The notes under the pieces: generated by a model
Database searches by the model: none
The model's input: only the letters and a program-made list of their open reading frames with translations
Told to the model about the DNA's origin: nothing
Part shown: in pieces, positions 25,291 to 36,481 of the stretch
How the letters are laid out: every line of letters starts with the position of its first letter
Numbering within the stretch: the first letter of the stretch is position 1
Origin: Blastocystis sp. subtype 4
Lineage: Eukaryota
Direction: 5' to 3'
Length of the DNA: 36,481 bases
Assembly (NCBI RefSeq): GCF_000743755.1
Contig: NW_014569466.1
Location: 1-36,481, forward strand
Translations under genes and position numbers: made by a program

Positions 25291-25771
25291 ATGTAAATCA
25301 GGTGCAAACTATGGAAAGAATATGGAAGAATGGACAGTAACATATGATTAGAAACTCCCATATACTTAAGATTCCCATATTCGTTATGTTTTTTTGCTGT
25401 GACGCATCTTCGGATACAACCTTCGCTGTAAGTTGAAAATTGATAATATTCATTATAGACAATGAGAATGTGGTTGTACAAATTATCATAAAGGAGTCTG
25501 CGAGTTGTGTGTTAAAACATAGGGTATTTCTTTTATAATGGCTGCAAAACTTATCCAAAAAATGAAACTAAACTAGGAAAGTAAGATACCATGTGTTTGT
25601 TGATATTATTGATGATGCCATAATGTGTTGGGTGAAGCCAACATAACTGTTTTCACATTTTCCACACATACCGATTTATCAAGTCGTCATAATTATCGTT
25701 TCTTTTCCATACGTGTTGAGAAGTTGGATTAATGAGTCATCTTAAAACTATTGTGAAGTTAAACAAGAAGG

Positions 25772-27523
25772 ATGGAGTGGATCCAGGGAAAACCTGCTTC
25801 CGATTCTTTCCTAACAAGAACTCAATCGAATATATTGAAAATGGTAATCAACAGAATCGATATTGGTAGTTCTTTCTCTCTGGAAGTGAACTGTAGTTTC
25901 TCAGAAGTAGAAAAGGAAACCAAAACACAAAAGAAGTTTGTCGAGGACCACGTTGATGTCTGGATTAAAGATCTCTTACAAGGGGTGTCTTCATATATTG
26001 TTGTTACGGGAACTGTGGATGGCGGGAAGAACTATCTTCTTAAGGGATCCAACTCGATTCCCGGAATTGTTCCAACATTTCAAAAGCGACTTGTACAATT
26101 AGCAGGAGATTTGAAATTGTCCTCTCGACTGAGTTATGTTCGTTATTGTGATGGTTTGATTTCCGTTATTTTGGTGATTGTTAGGGGCATTTTGGGATAT
26201 GCTTGCTTCCACTCGCTCCTCTGTTGTCTTTTCAGATTCATTTAGTTTTTCTACACCTACTAGTGTACTTTCTGTCTCCAGCTTTTAGGATAGATCCCTC
26301 TTCAGGATGTCAAGAGTTTGAATACGATTGAAAGCACTGTAACAGTAAACCTTAATAATATATACGCTGATGAATTCAAATCTCACAGTTCTTGCTCGTT
26401 CTGGATCTTTTCAGTGAATCTGTTCTCTCCTTCTCATGTAGACACGTATTAAGACAGCAGCTGGGATGCAGCCTACATCCGTAATCATCATTGATGCACC
26501 TGTAGATGGTAGTTGCTACAATATGGAATAACACTCAGATGACGATGTTTCCATGTTAAAGCCACTCCTCCACTCTCTTCGTACCTCTGTTCAAGTATCC
26601 TCTGAAGCTACCTCCATCTCCTCCATTATTTCTCTTCTTGCTCGTAATTATCAGTCTTTCACAATAATCGCTTGTGTTGATGCTGTTCCTACTATTCGCT
26701 CACTCTCTCTCCTCTCAGCACTATCGGAACAGGATACAAAACAGCATTTCCTCGCTCCTGAAAATGACTTCACCATTGACCTTATCAATAGCAGCAGTGA
26801 CAGCTACGTGGAGTCTTCAGGAGCTTCTGATGACGAAGTTCCGAATGATGATACAAAGCGTACTGTTACCTCCACACTTCAATTATATGAGAGTAGGAAT
26901 ATCTTATCTCTCTTCCTCTAGCTCCTAAGAAGTCCATGAAACGGATTATCCAGCGATCTGTCATAAGTGAGAAAGTCTACAAATCGAGTTCTTTTTCTTC
27001 GTTAAGTCGGTCCCGTATCTACCGGAATGAATCTAGGCTCTCTCAGCTGCTGAATGGGTGGGATTTTGCAGCAACCTTGACAATTAGAAAACCAGTTATG
27101 ACGCCTTGCAAACGGATTTCAAAAGCGAAAGAACTAATTGTTGAAGGTCGAGAGATGGAATCTCAGGGTGATCTGAATCAGGCTTTGAGTCTATTTCGAC
27201 AAGGTGAGTTAAAGAAATGAAACTGAATCGTAGCGAGAGAACTCCTTCCTGATAACGAAAAACTCAAGAAGAAAATTGAGGAAGTGGAAAGCCACATTCA
27301 GATGAGTATGAATCCTGAGTCCCAGGAAGAGCGGATTCTTCAGATATTGAATTTTGGTGGGATGAGTGGACTCCTAAAACTACCGAAGATTGGGGTTGTG
27401 ACAGCAGAGAAGATCCTGAGTGCTCGAAAGGAGGGACTATTCCAGTCGATCGATGATCTCACACGAATTGGTATGAAACCTCAAGGGATTACAACCTTTA
27501 AGAAAGTGAATGGCATAGTTTAG
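25772..27523 (+). CDS. KIF22/Kid (kinesin-10)-like protein with a degenerate motor and a C-terminal helix-hairpin-helix domain
   Basis: Kinesin-like order VVTGTVDGGKNYLLKG…PGIVP…LSYVRY…WDML…KSHSSCSF…IIDAP…TIIACV; C-terminal ILNFG…LLKLPKIGVVTAEKI…FQSIDDL. Confidence 0.68.
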
Positions 27524-27545
27524 GCTTCTTGTTAACAAATACTTG

Positions 27546-27916
27546 TAACCTCCATGAAGTGTAGACAAGAAAAGGACTTCGTCTCCATCCTACGATAACA
27601 CAGTCTACATCAAGCCTACCGCGAGTTCGGTTGAATCTCTGTCGAGCACCTCCCAATCAACATCATTTACGAGAACAATGATACCTGAGCGTCTTTAGGT
27701 TAACAAAATCGAAAAAGGGAACAGACTGTTTCCATCGACAAACAAACTGGCTCGTTCCGATAATTCGTGGTCTCGCAAGTATGTGATCAATTCTCCCACA
27801 GTTGAAATACCAATATCTAGATCAATTCGTTTTCGGCCGTTGAACAAAACATCCATCCCACCTCTACGCATCACTTAGTCTCGCTTCCGATACCCAAACT
27901 CTACTACAAGCTTCAT
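27546..27916 (-). CDS. URM1: Ubiquitin-related modifier 1; stop completed by poly(A)
   Basis: MKLVVEFGGGMDVLF…LRSGIIVLVNDVDWE…DGDEVLFLSTLHGG over three 30-nt introns, followed by TAC AAG TATTTGTT. Confidence 0.93.
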
Positions 27917-28033
27917 TTTCCAATGCAACAAACTTGTCTATATTTTTGTCATTCTTGTTTTCCCTTCATTTCGTATCCCCGGAGAGGTATTCGCAAGTCT
28001 CTTTTTCCGTATCGACTGTTTGGATTCCAGGAA

Positions 28034-28659
28034 ATGAAGCAAACCTCTGCCTTTAGCGTTATTAATGTCTGAGCTTGTTTCAGTGTATTATTCTCTAGAT
28101 TGAATTTGAAGCGTGTCTTCTCCCTGCTGATCTCCAAAATATTAGCAATGGAATCAAGCGATGTCTATTCAGTAAGTTGCTTAAGTGGGTCCTTTCATAT
28201 CATTCCTAATTGTCTAGATACTCCGAAGAGGCAGAAGGAGTCATTGTAGCTTTCCAGAATATTAAATTGCTGAATCATAAGTCCAAGATCGTTGATGAGT
28301 CCCCCTTTATTCGTTTCAATGTCACAGCTGACTGTCTTGTGTTTAAGCCTCTTCGTGGAATGGAGATTACGGGAACTGTCAATATGCTGGGTCTTCACTA
28401 CATTGGGTTGATTGTTGGCGGTCTATTCAACGCATCTATTCCAGAGGACCTTCTTCCTGAGGGTAGTTCATATGATCACTCATGTTATACTTGGTAGATG
28501 TAGGAGCAGAATATAATTTATAGGAATGTGAATGGAGAGCAACTTCAAATTGGATCTACCTTGCATGTGAAAGTGGATCGGTAACAGAATCTCTCTTCCC
28601 TCATGTTTAGCATTCACGACAACAATGGAATGATCAATCTGATTTGCTCTCTTCCATAA
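28034..28659 (+). CDS. RPA43: RNA polymerase I subunit RPA43-like
   Basis: LLKYSEEAEGVIVAFQNIKL…ESPFIRFNV…VFKP…G…HYIGLIVGGLFNASIP; four short introns; TAA at 28657-28659. Confidence 0.8.
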
Positions 28660-28702
28660 TGTGTTTTATGTTCCTTTAATACCCTGTTTGCACAAACACA
28701 CC

Positions 28703-30204
<1,502 letters not shown>

Positions 30205-30293
30205 CAGGTCGATTACTTGAATAGAGCGCGTCTTTAGAAGCGGCGATGTGGATTTACTTTTTTGAAATAGGATACTTCAGAAACAAAAATAGG

Positions 30294-30367
30294 TCTTCCA
30301 TAGCTCAGTTGGTTAGAGCGTGCGGCTGTTAACCGCAAGGTCGACGGTTCAAGCCCGTCTGGGAGAG
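30294..30367 (+). tRNA. trnN: tRNA-Asn (GTT)
   Basis: Acceptor stem TCTTCCA/TGGGAGA, D arm AGCTCAGTTGGTTAGAGC, anticodon GTT at 30328-30330, T loop GGTTCAAGCC, followed by a T-rich Pol III terminator. Confidence 0.96.
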
Positions 30368-30543
30368 TTTCTTTTTCTCTTTATGAGATGTTATGTGGCC
30401 TGTGTGTTATACATTAGAAGTGAGAATTTGGTGAAGGCAGATACCTTCTCATTTCTGAGAATTCCCGTTTTGTTGAATCTCAATTGAATCTCGCATTCAT
30501 GTCCATTTATTCATAATTCCTTTATTCTTAATTAATTGGACTC

Positions 30544-31083
30544 ATGGTCAGTTTGCGACTTCAAAAGAGACTTGCTGCTTCCGTTCTTAAGTGTGGAAAG
30601 CGCAGAGTGTGGATGGACCCAAGCGAAATCAACGAAATCGCTCTTGCCAATTCTCGTCAGAATGTCCGTAAGCTCATCAAGGACGGTCTGATTGTACGTA
30701 AGCATCAGTTGATGCATTCTCGCTCTCGTGTGCATGTTCGCAAGGAAGCCAAGGCCCGTGGCAACCACACTGGTTATGGTAAGCGTCGTGGTACTATGAA
30801 TGCTCGTATCCCCGAGAAGCTCCTTTGGGTGCGTCGTATTCGTGTGCTGCGTAGACTTCTTCGCAAGTATCGTGAGGCTGGAAAGATTGATAAGCACATG
30901 TATGCCCACTTCTATGCTCTTGCTAAGGGTAACCGTTACAAGACCAAGCGTGTGTTGATTGAGCAGATTCATAAGAAGAAGAGTGAGGAGAAGAAGGAGA
31001 AGCAGTTGGCTGAGCAGGCTAACGCTCTTCTCAACCAGAAGAGAGCTGCTGTTGCTGCTGATGGTGCTGTCACATCTCAGTAA
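30544..31083 (+). CDS. RPL19: 60S ribosomal protein L19 (eL19), intronless CDS
   Basis: [26 protein letters not shown]…[14 protein letters not shown]…[16 protein letters not shown] at 31122-31129. Confidence 0.97.
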   Translation: MVSLRLQKRLAASVLKCGKRRVWMDPSEINEIALANSRQNVRKLIKDGLIVRKHQLMHSRSRVHVRKEAKARGNHTGYGKRRGTMNARIPEKLLWVRRIRVLRRLLRKYREAGKIDKHMYAHFYALAKGNRYKTKRVLIEQIHKKKSEEKKEKQLAEQANALLNQKRAAVAADGAVTSQ

Positions 31084-31161
31084 GGGGTTTGTTTCGCTTG
31101 TACTATATTGTGTGGTTTATGTGTTTGTTTAGAAATAGTGTTTTGAATAGTATTAAACAGT

Positions 31162-32472
31162 TCATATGTCTACAGAAGTATTACTATCAATGGAATTTGA
31201 CCGTTGTGTGCTCCTCCAATTCCAGACTACACATGAGAAACCCAAATCAATAAAACCATCTCCTGTTTTCTCATATTGCTTACGCATCTTGTGAATGAAC
31301 TCGTCAGCTTTGAGCAGAAAATCGAGATCTAGAGAGTTCGAAGATGAACTTGATATGCAATGAATATTATCTTCAGCTATCATTTCCGCTAAGGTCTCAA
31401 CACAACCCTCATCATCTGAAGGAACATTGCAACACTGAAAAGGTTTCTGATCACAAAAGTCTCGACTCAGAAGTACACTGTAATCTGTGCGGTATTCTCC
31501 AAACACCATTGGCATGCCTCTGTGAAGAGTCATTGGAGTACCTTCTAACTTTTCTGCCCTCTCTGATGCTACAGACAAGTGATTGCGTATTGGGGGCAAA
31601 ACATCCACAGCAACGCCACTGGGATTGTCATTAGTACCAGGATGAGTTTTCGCATAGAACTCTGTCTGACGTGTTTGCATTTCTTTCTTTGTGAAACAGT
31701 CGCATGTATCTGCCATGTGATGAAGATACATACAATCTGTGTTGGTACACCGGATTCCACGGAGGAAATAGTTACAGTATTTTGTAGTGCCAAAACTAGC
31801 TCGAATCTGACTTCCTTGAAGACAACATCCATCCACTGCTTGGATACAAAGAAGTGCCTCTTGAGAAGTAGAATAAGTAATGTATCTAGAAAGGAAGGCA
31901 AATATAAAAGAATACGCACAACAACTGTGGACCTTTTCAATCAGTTGAGGACTACTATTCAGAATGATCTTCTTGATACATCCATATTGGCCAAAAAGTT
32001 TCGGAGAACGCAGTAAATTCTCGTCTGCCAAGTGAGGAGCGAGACCAATCACATAAACAAGGTTTCGTTGAATAATACGCACTCCTTGTAGATATTGAAT
32101 ATCTTGAAATGGGTTATGTTTATTTCGATTATTTCTACGTCGTTCCTGCTCTGAACTATGTAAGGAAGCTTCATCAGAATACTGAGAATCTGATGAGTTA
32201 TCTCTGCATGTCACAAATCAAAAAGGAAATCACAGCAAATGTAGAATAGATGTAGAATAGGGTCGATCACAACTAGGACATCGAGAACTATCCCGTAATT
32301 GTTTGGAAAGACACCAATGACAAATCTAAATTAAACAAAACAAAATAATCACCACTTGAAAGCCACATGGACAAAGACGTCCATTCATTTCCCTTTTCGT
32401 CAATTCCCCTGAGCAAAGAGGGCAGACCTTGGTATCTTGTCATGAATCCAAAAGATGACTCTTACTACTCAT
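31162..32472 (-). CDS. CNOT4: CCR4-NOT subunit 4 (C4C4 RING + RRM + CCCH)
   Basis: MSNTKVCPLC…CPCGFQICHWC…CPSCDRPY; VRIIQRNLVYVIGL; RASFGTTKYCNYFLRG…CMYLH. Confidence 0.92.
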
Positions 32473-33015
32473 TTTGGCGAATGGATGATAAATCGGTAAC
32501 TAGAGTGCAAGACCTTCCAGATACGACAAACTAAGCTACGAAACGTCAATGATTTGGAACACGATAAGATCTGTATGTTTAGTGGTTTCATCATTATCAA
32601 GGAACTTAATCACTTCAAAGTCTATGGTAAAGGAAATAGATGAGAATAACACTACTTGATAGTAGAACTAGAATTGAACTCACTAGAATAGTTGAATAGA
32701 GATCGGGTAATGATAGATCGGGAGAGGCATTTTTCATCATTTCTTGCATATTCACTCTTCTAGCATCATATACATTCAAAATCACATAGCATTCATGACA
32801 TGATATGGTATTGTTTGTTTCTTATCTGAGCACAATAATTGTCATTCTCAGAAGTAAGTAACCCATAGAAATGGACCATCATAATGAACTATTTAACTTG
32901 TGAAGTTGATAAAGTTACAGACGCGAAGATTCCTTTTCCGGATGCCCCACTAATATGGAACACAGATGCGATTCTTCTCTCTCAATATAGTAGAACATAA
33001 TTGCATCTCTATACT

Positions 33016-34615
33016 ATGGCATTATCCAACTACATCTGGGTACCGATTATGGGTGCTGTATTTGCTTTTGTGGCTTCGATGGGAATGGGTATATATTGGA
33101 GTATGTAGTGACCTGTATAGGTGGAAATGATGTTGCCAATTCCTTTGCTACATCAGTTGGTGCCAAAGCCTTGACAATGAGGCAAGTTATTTTGATTGCT
33201 TCAATATGTGAATTCTCGGGTGCAATGCTTCTGGGAAGTCATGTTACAGAGACTATTAAGGGAGGAATTATCATTGGAGAGCTCTTTAAGGATAATCCTG
33301 TGGAGTTAATGTACGGTATGTGTACAGTATTGTTTGGATGTGCTGTATGGTTGATTGCCTCAACCCTCTGGTCTCTCCCTGTTTCTAGTACGCATACCTG
33401 TATTGGAGGAATGTTGGGTATGGCTATTGTAAGTAAGGGTATTCACTCAGTGAATTGGAAAACAGTGATTAATGTGATCTGTTCGTGGTTTTATACTCCT
33501 GTCATTGCCGGAATTATCTCCTATCTGTTGTTTAAACTCATTCGGGCTACGATTCTGATGAAGGAAAAATCTTTTACCTATTCCTTGTACTTCTTCTCTC
33601 CTATGGTAGCAATAACCTTAGCTATCAACTTCTTTGTTGTTATTTACCAGGGTTGTCCTTGGCTTCCATTTAACTTTACAATTTGGCAGGCAGCAGGTGT
33701 TAGTGTGGGTGTAGCTACGGTTATTGGCATTACTATTCATTTTGCTTGTGTCCCATGTCTACGGAGGCGATCTCTGAAGGCTGAAGAGGAAAAGAACAGT
33801 CAAATCAGGGAAGCTTTGATTCCACCTCCAGAGGATACGGCGGTAGTGAATGTTCCTGAGTCGAAACCTGCTGGAGAGAAGGTGGAATCAGGAGTGTCTG
33901 GAGAGGCGATAGAATCGAAACCCACTGAAGAGACAAGAAGCGCATCAGAACTCCCTTTAAGTTCGGAGCCCACAACTGTTATGAACAACACTCTAAAACC
34001 AGTCCCAGCGGAGAAGAAGACCACCAAGGGAGATGTATTTGCAAGTTTGGAATCAGACTCTAAAGTAGCAGAGATTCACAAGAATGCAGAGGAGTATGAT
34101 ATTAAGACGGAGAAGGTTTTTGTGTCTCTACAGATTCTTGCTGCGATTCTCAACTCCTTTGCTCATGGTGCTAATGATGTCTCTCATTCCATTGGTCCGT
34201 TTGCTGCTTGTATTGCTATTTATTCTACAGGACGTGTTGATGATACTTCTCCATCGCCTCCATGGGTCTTGGCCTTTGGTGCTGTAGGTATCATTCTAGG
34301 TCTTGCTATAATGGGATACAAGGTCGTGGCTACCGTTGGAGTGAATCTTGTTACCGTAACTCCTTGCAGAGGATTCTTTATTGAACTTGCTGCATCTTTT
34401 GTTGTTATTGTTGCTTCGAGAATAGGCCTTCCTCTCTCTACAACACAATGTAAGATTGGAGCTGCAGTTGGCGTGGGCTTGGTCGGTGGATCTGAATCCG
34501 TGAACTGGAAGCTGTTCCTGAGGATTTTCCTGGGATGGGTTGCCACCATTTTTATTGCAGCTATTGTATCAGCTCTTTTAATGGTTATTGGCGTATGGGC
34601 TTTTCATTTGAATTA
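33016..34615 (+). CDS. PiT/PHO4-family inorganic phosphate transporter; stop probably completed by poly(A)
   Basis: Intron 33089-33120; GGNDVANSFATSVG, LPVSSTH, HGANDV, GLPLSTTQ. The in-frame TA at 34614-34615 precedes TGTTTGTT at 34620. Confidence 0.92.
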
Positions 34616-34619
34616 TACG

Positions 34620-34627
34620 TGTTTGTT
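34620..34627 (+). terminator. TGTTTGTT 3'-end/polyadenylation element (representative copy)
   Basis: Exact copies in the sense orientation behind gene ends at 86, 6697, 23300, 31122, 34620 (+) and 7375, 8864, 13207, 13907, 20808, 24242 (-). Matches the element described for Blastocystis. Confidence 0.85.
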
Positions 34628-34715
34628 CATATCTTTCAAGAGTAGCGTATCGGAGTCACTTTTTACGAAGGTTGTGAACTGTGGAAACTAGATGTTTCCA
34701 CAGTTCTATATAGAA

Positions 34716-36301
34716 ATGTTCGCTGCTGAGTATGATCCTTCGTAGAGTCTAATACCTTAGTTACTTAAACGACTTGTATGCTCAACTTCCCGAACCTAAG
34801 TCTGTTTGGGAATATTTCTTGAAGATCACTCAAATTCCTCGTGGATCCAATCAGGAGGGAGAGTCCTTCCGTCACAAGCAGATCCTTGCATATTTGAAGA
34901 AGACTGCTGAAGAGCTTGGATGTGAGACCTACGTGGATGCTGGTGATAATTTGATCATCAGAAAGCCTGCTCATCCCGGTAGAGATATGAATCTGTATGT
35001 TAGGAATAGGCTGTGAGAACAAGTCAACTGTTTGTCTCCAGTGCCATATGGATATGGTGTGCCAGGCAGATGATGCTATCACTATTGATTTCTCGAAGGA
35101 TCCTATCATTCCTCGTATTGAAGGAAAGTATCTGAAGGCTACTCATACCTCACTGGGTGCTGATGACGGTATTGGTGTGGCTAGTTGCTTTGCGATCCTT
35201 GCTGATAAGACCATTAAGCATGGACCTCTGGAAGTACTGGTAACTCGAGACGAGGAGACAGGTCTGTACGGTGCTAGCGATCTCGAGAAGGGTATTCTGA
35301 AGGCTAAGACACTCATCAATGTGGATAATGAAGATGAGAATGCTCTTTGCATTGGTTGTGCTGGAGGTTACAATGTTGAAATGAAACTCCCTACCATTCG
35401 TCGTGTTGAAGAGGGCTATGTAACCCGTCAAGTAGTTCTGAATAACTTCTTGGGAGGTCATTCAGGCTGTGATATTCACCTTGGTCGTGCCAATCCAATG
35501 CATGTGATGGCTCGTCTGTTCGCAGTATGTGTGGGACAAAACGGTGATTTATAGAGTCTGAACTGTGAATGTTATCGCTGGATCAGTCTTGATTGTGGTA
35601 CAGCTCACAATGCCATTCCTCGGAAATGCACTGTGAATGTGGCTGTGAAGGCAGAATGCGTTGAGTGTTTCGAGAAGAAGATGAATGAAGCCTTTGCTGC
35701 TTTCCTTAAGGAATACAAGCCTATTGAGGCTGATGCCACCCTCACTATTACTCCTATCGAAGATCCACGTACTCCTTGTGATCTTGCCTCCACCAAGCGT
35801 GTAGTTGACTTCCTCATGATCTGTCCTTTCGGACCTATGCGCTACTCTCCTGTCGTAGAGGGTCTCGTAGAGACCTCGATGACATGTGCTATTGCTGTCA
35901 CCAAGAACCTCGACAACATTCAGTTCACCGCTTCTGTCCGTTCGTCCTCGAAGTCTCAGATCGATGCTATGTATCGTATGCTTCAGTCCATTTGTGAGAT
36001 GGTCGGTATGTCTCTTTCGGAGAAGATCGGCGAGTATCCTGGCTGGGATCCCGATGCGAATTCAAAGGTTACCAAATTGATGGCCGGTATCTATGAGGAT
36101 CTCTACAAGAAAGCTCCTTGGATTTATGCTTGTCACGCTGGTTTGGAGTGTGGCTTGATTATGGAGAAGTATCCTGAGATGGACTGTACATCTGTTGGTC
36201 CTGAGGTGAATTTCCCTCATTCTCCTGATGAGAGATGCCTTATTTCCTCCGTTCCTCCATTCCTTGAAGTACTTAAGAGAACATTGGAAGCTCTTGAATA
36301 A
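34716..36301 (+). CDS. pepD: Aminoacyl-histidine dipeptidase (M20C, PepD-like)
   Basis: QIPRGS, LQCHMDMV, LGADDGIG, DEETGLYGA, GGHSGCDIHLGRAN, HAGLECG, HSPDE; three ~30-nt introns. Confidence 0.92.
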
Positions 36302-36481
36302 ACTGTTTTTTGTACATATATGTTCATCCTTATGTGTATTGCAACTTCCCGAAGCTTCTATCACTTGATATACATGATAATGCTCTTTGATCAACTCAGT
36401 TCCCCGTTTCCACGTTTCAATTTGGCTCCATTTCCTCATAGATCTTGCGACTTTGAAACAAAGGATGTCAGTATCATCATT

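Noticed and set aside
27735..27752. TGTTTGTC/AGTTTGTT variants inside the URM1 coding exon
   Set aside because: They lie within conserved coding sequence. This shows variant motifs alone do not prove a cleavage site, so the variant-based calls above need read support.
30532..30972. 146-aa ORF antisense to RPL19
   Set aside because: Shadow of biased codon usage in a highly expressed gene; no independent features.
36062..36481. Possible gene at the right edge (minus ORF 36062-36439, or an open + frame from about 36374)
   Set aside because: Strand and identity cannot be resolved from the truncated sequence.

Overview
Gene-dense, AT-rich eukaryotic nuclear DNA with the hallmarks of Blastocystis (anaerobic stramenopile; identity inferred, not proven). 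Genes are split by many ~29-33 nt GT-AG introns, intergenic gaps are often tens of nt, and TGTTTGTT-type elements sit just behind most 3' ends. The ORF track is largely misleading because of the introns. Manual splicing gives about 24 protein genes plus tRNA-Asn: an atypical TQH MAPK, a SAP30-PHD fusion, a fucosyltransferase, an SxxC thioredoxin, eIF3m, a Vta1-like repeat protein, a GARP/Myb factor, a GNAT, a cold-shock protein, a HAT/TPR protein, a POT-like transporter, a USP36-tail protein, a small membrane protein, Mei2-like, VPS28-like, SSUH2-like, a degenerate KIF22-like kinesin, URM1, RPA43, RBBP4/MSI1, RPL19, CNOT4, PiT, PepD and a partial gene at the left edge. Six genes (URM1, eIF3m, PiT, RBBP4, POT-like, VPS28-like) appear to get their stop codon from polyadenylation. 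The most novel-looking items are the SAP30/ING-PHD fusion, a CaaX-ending TxH MAPK, two putative organelle-targeted proteins, the repeat-expanded Vta1-like protein and a 49-bp palindrome. All gene models and family calls come from manual translation and motif recall; no searches were run.
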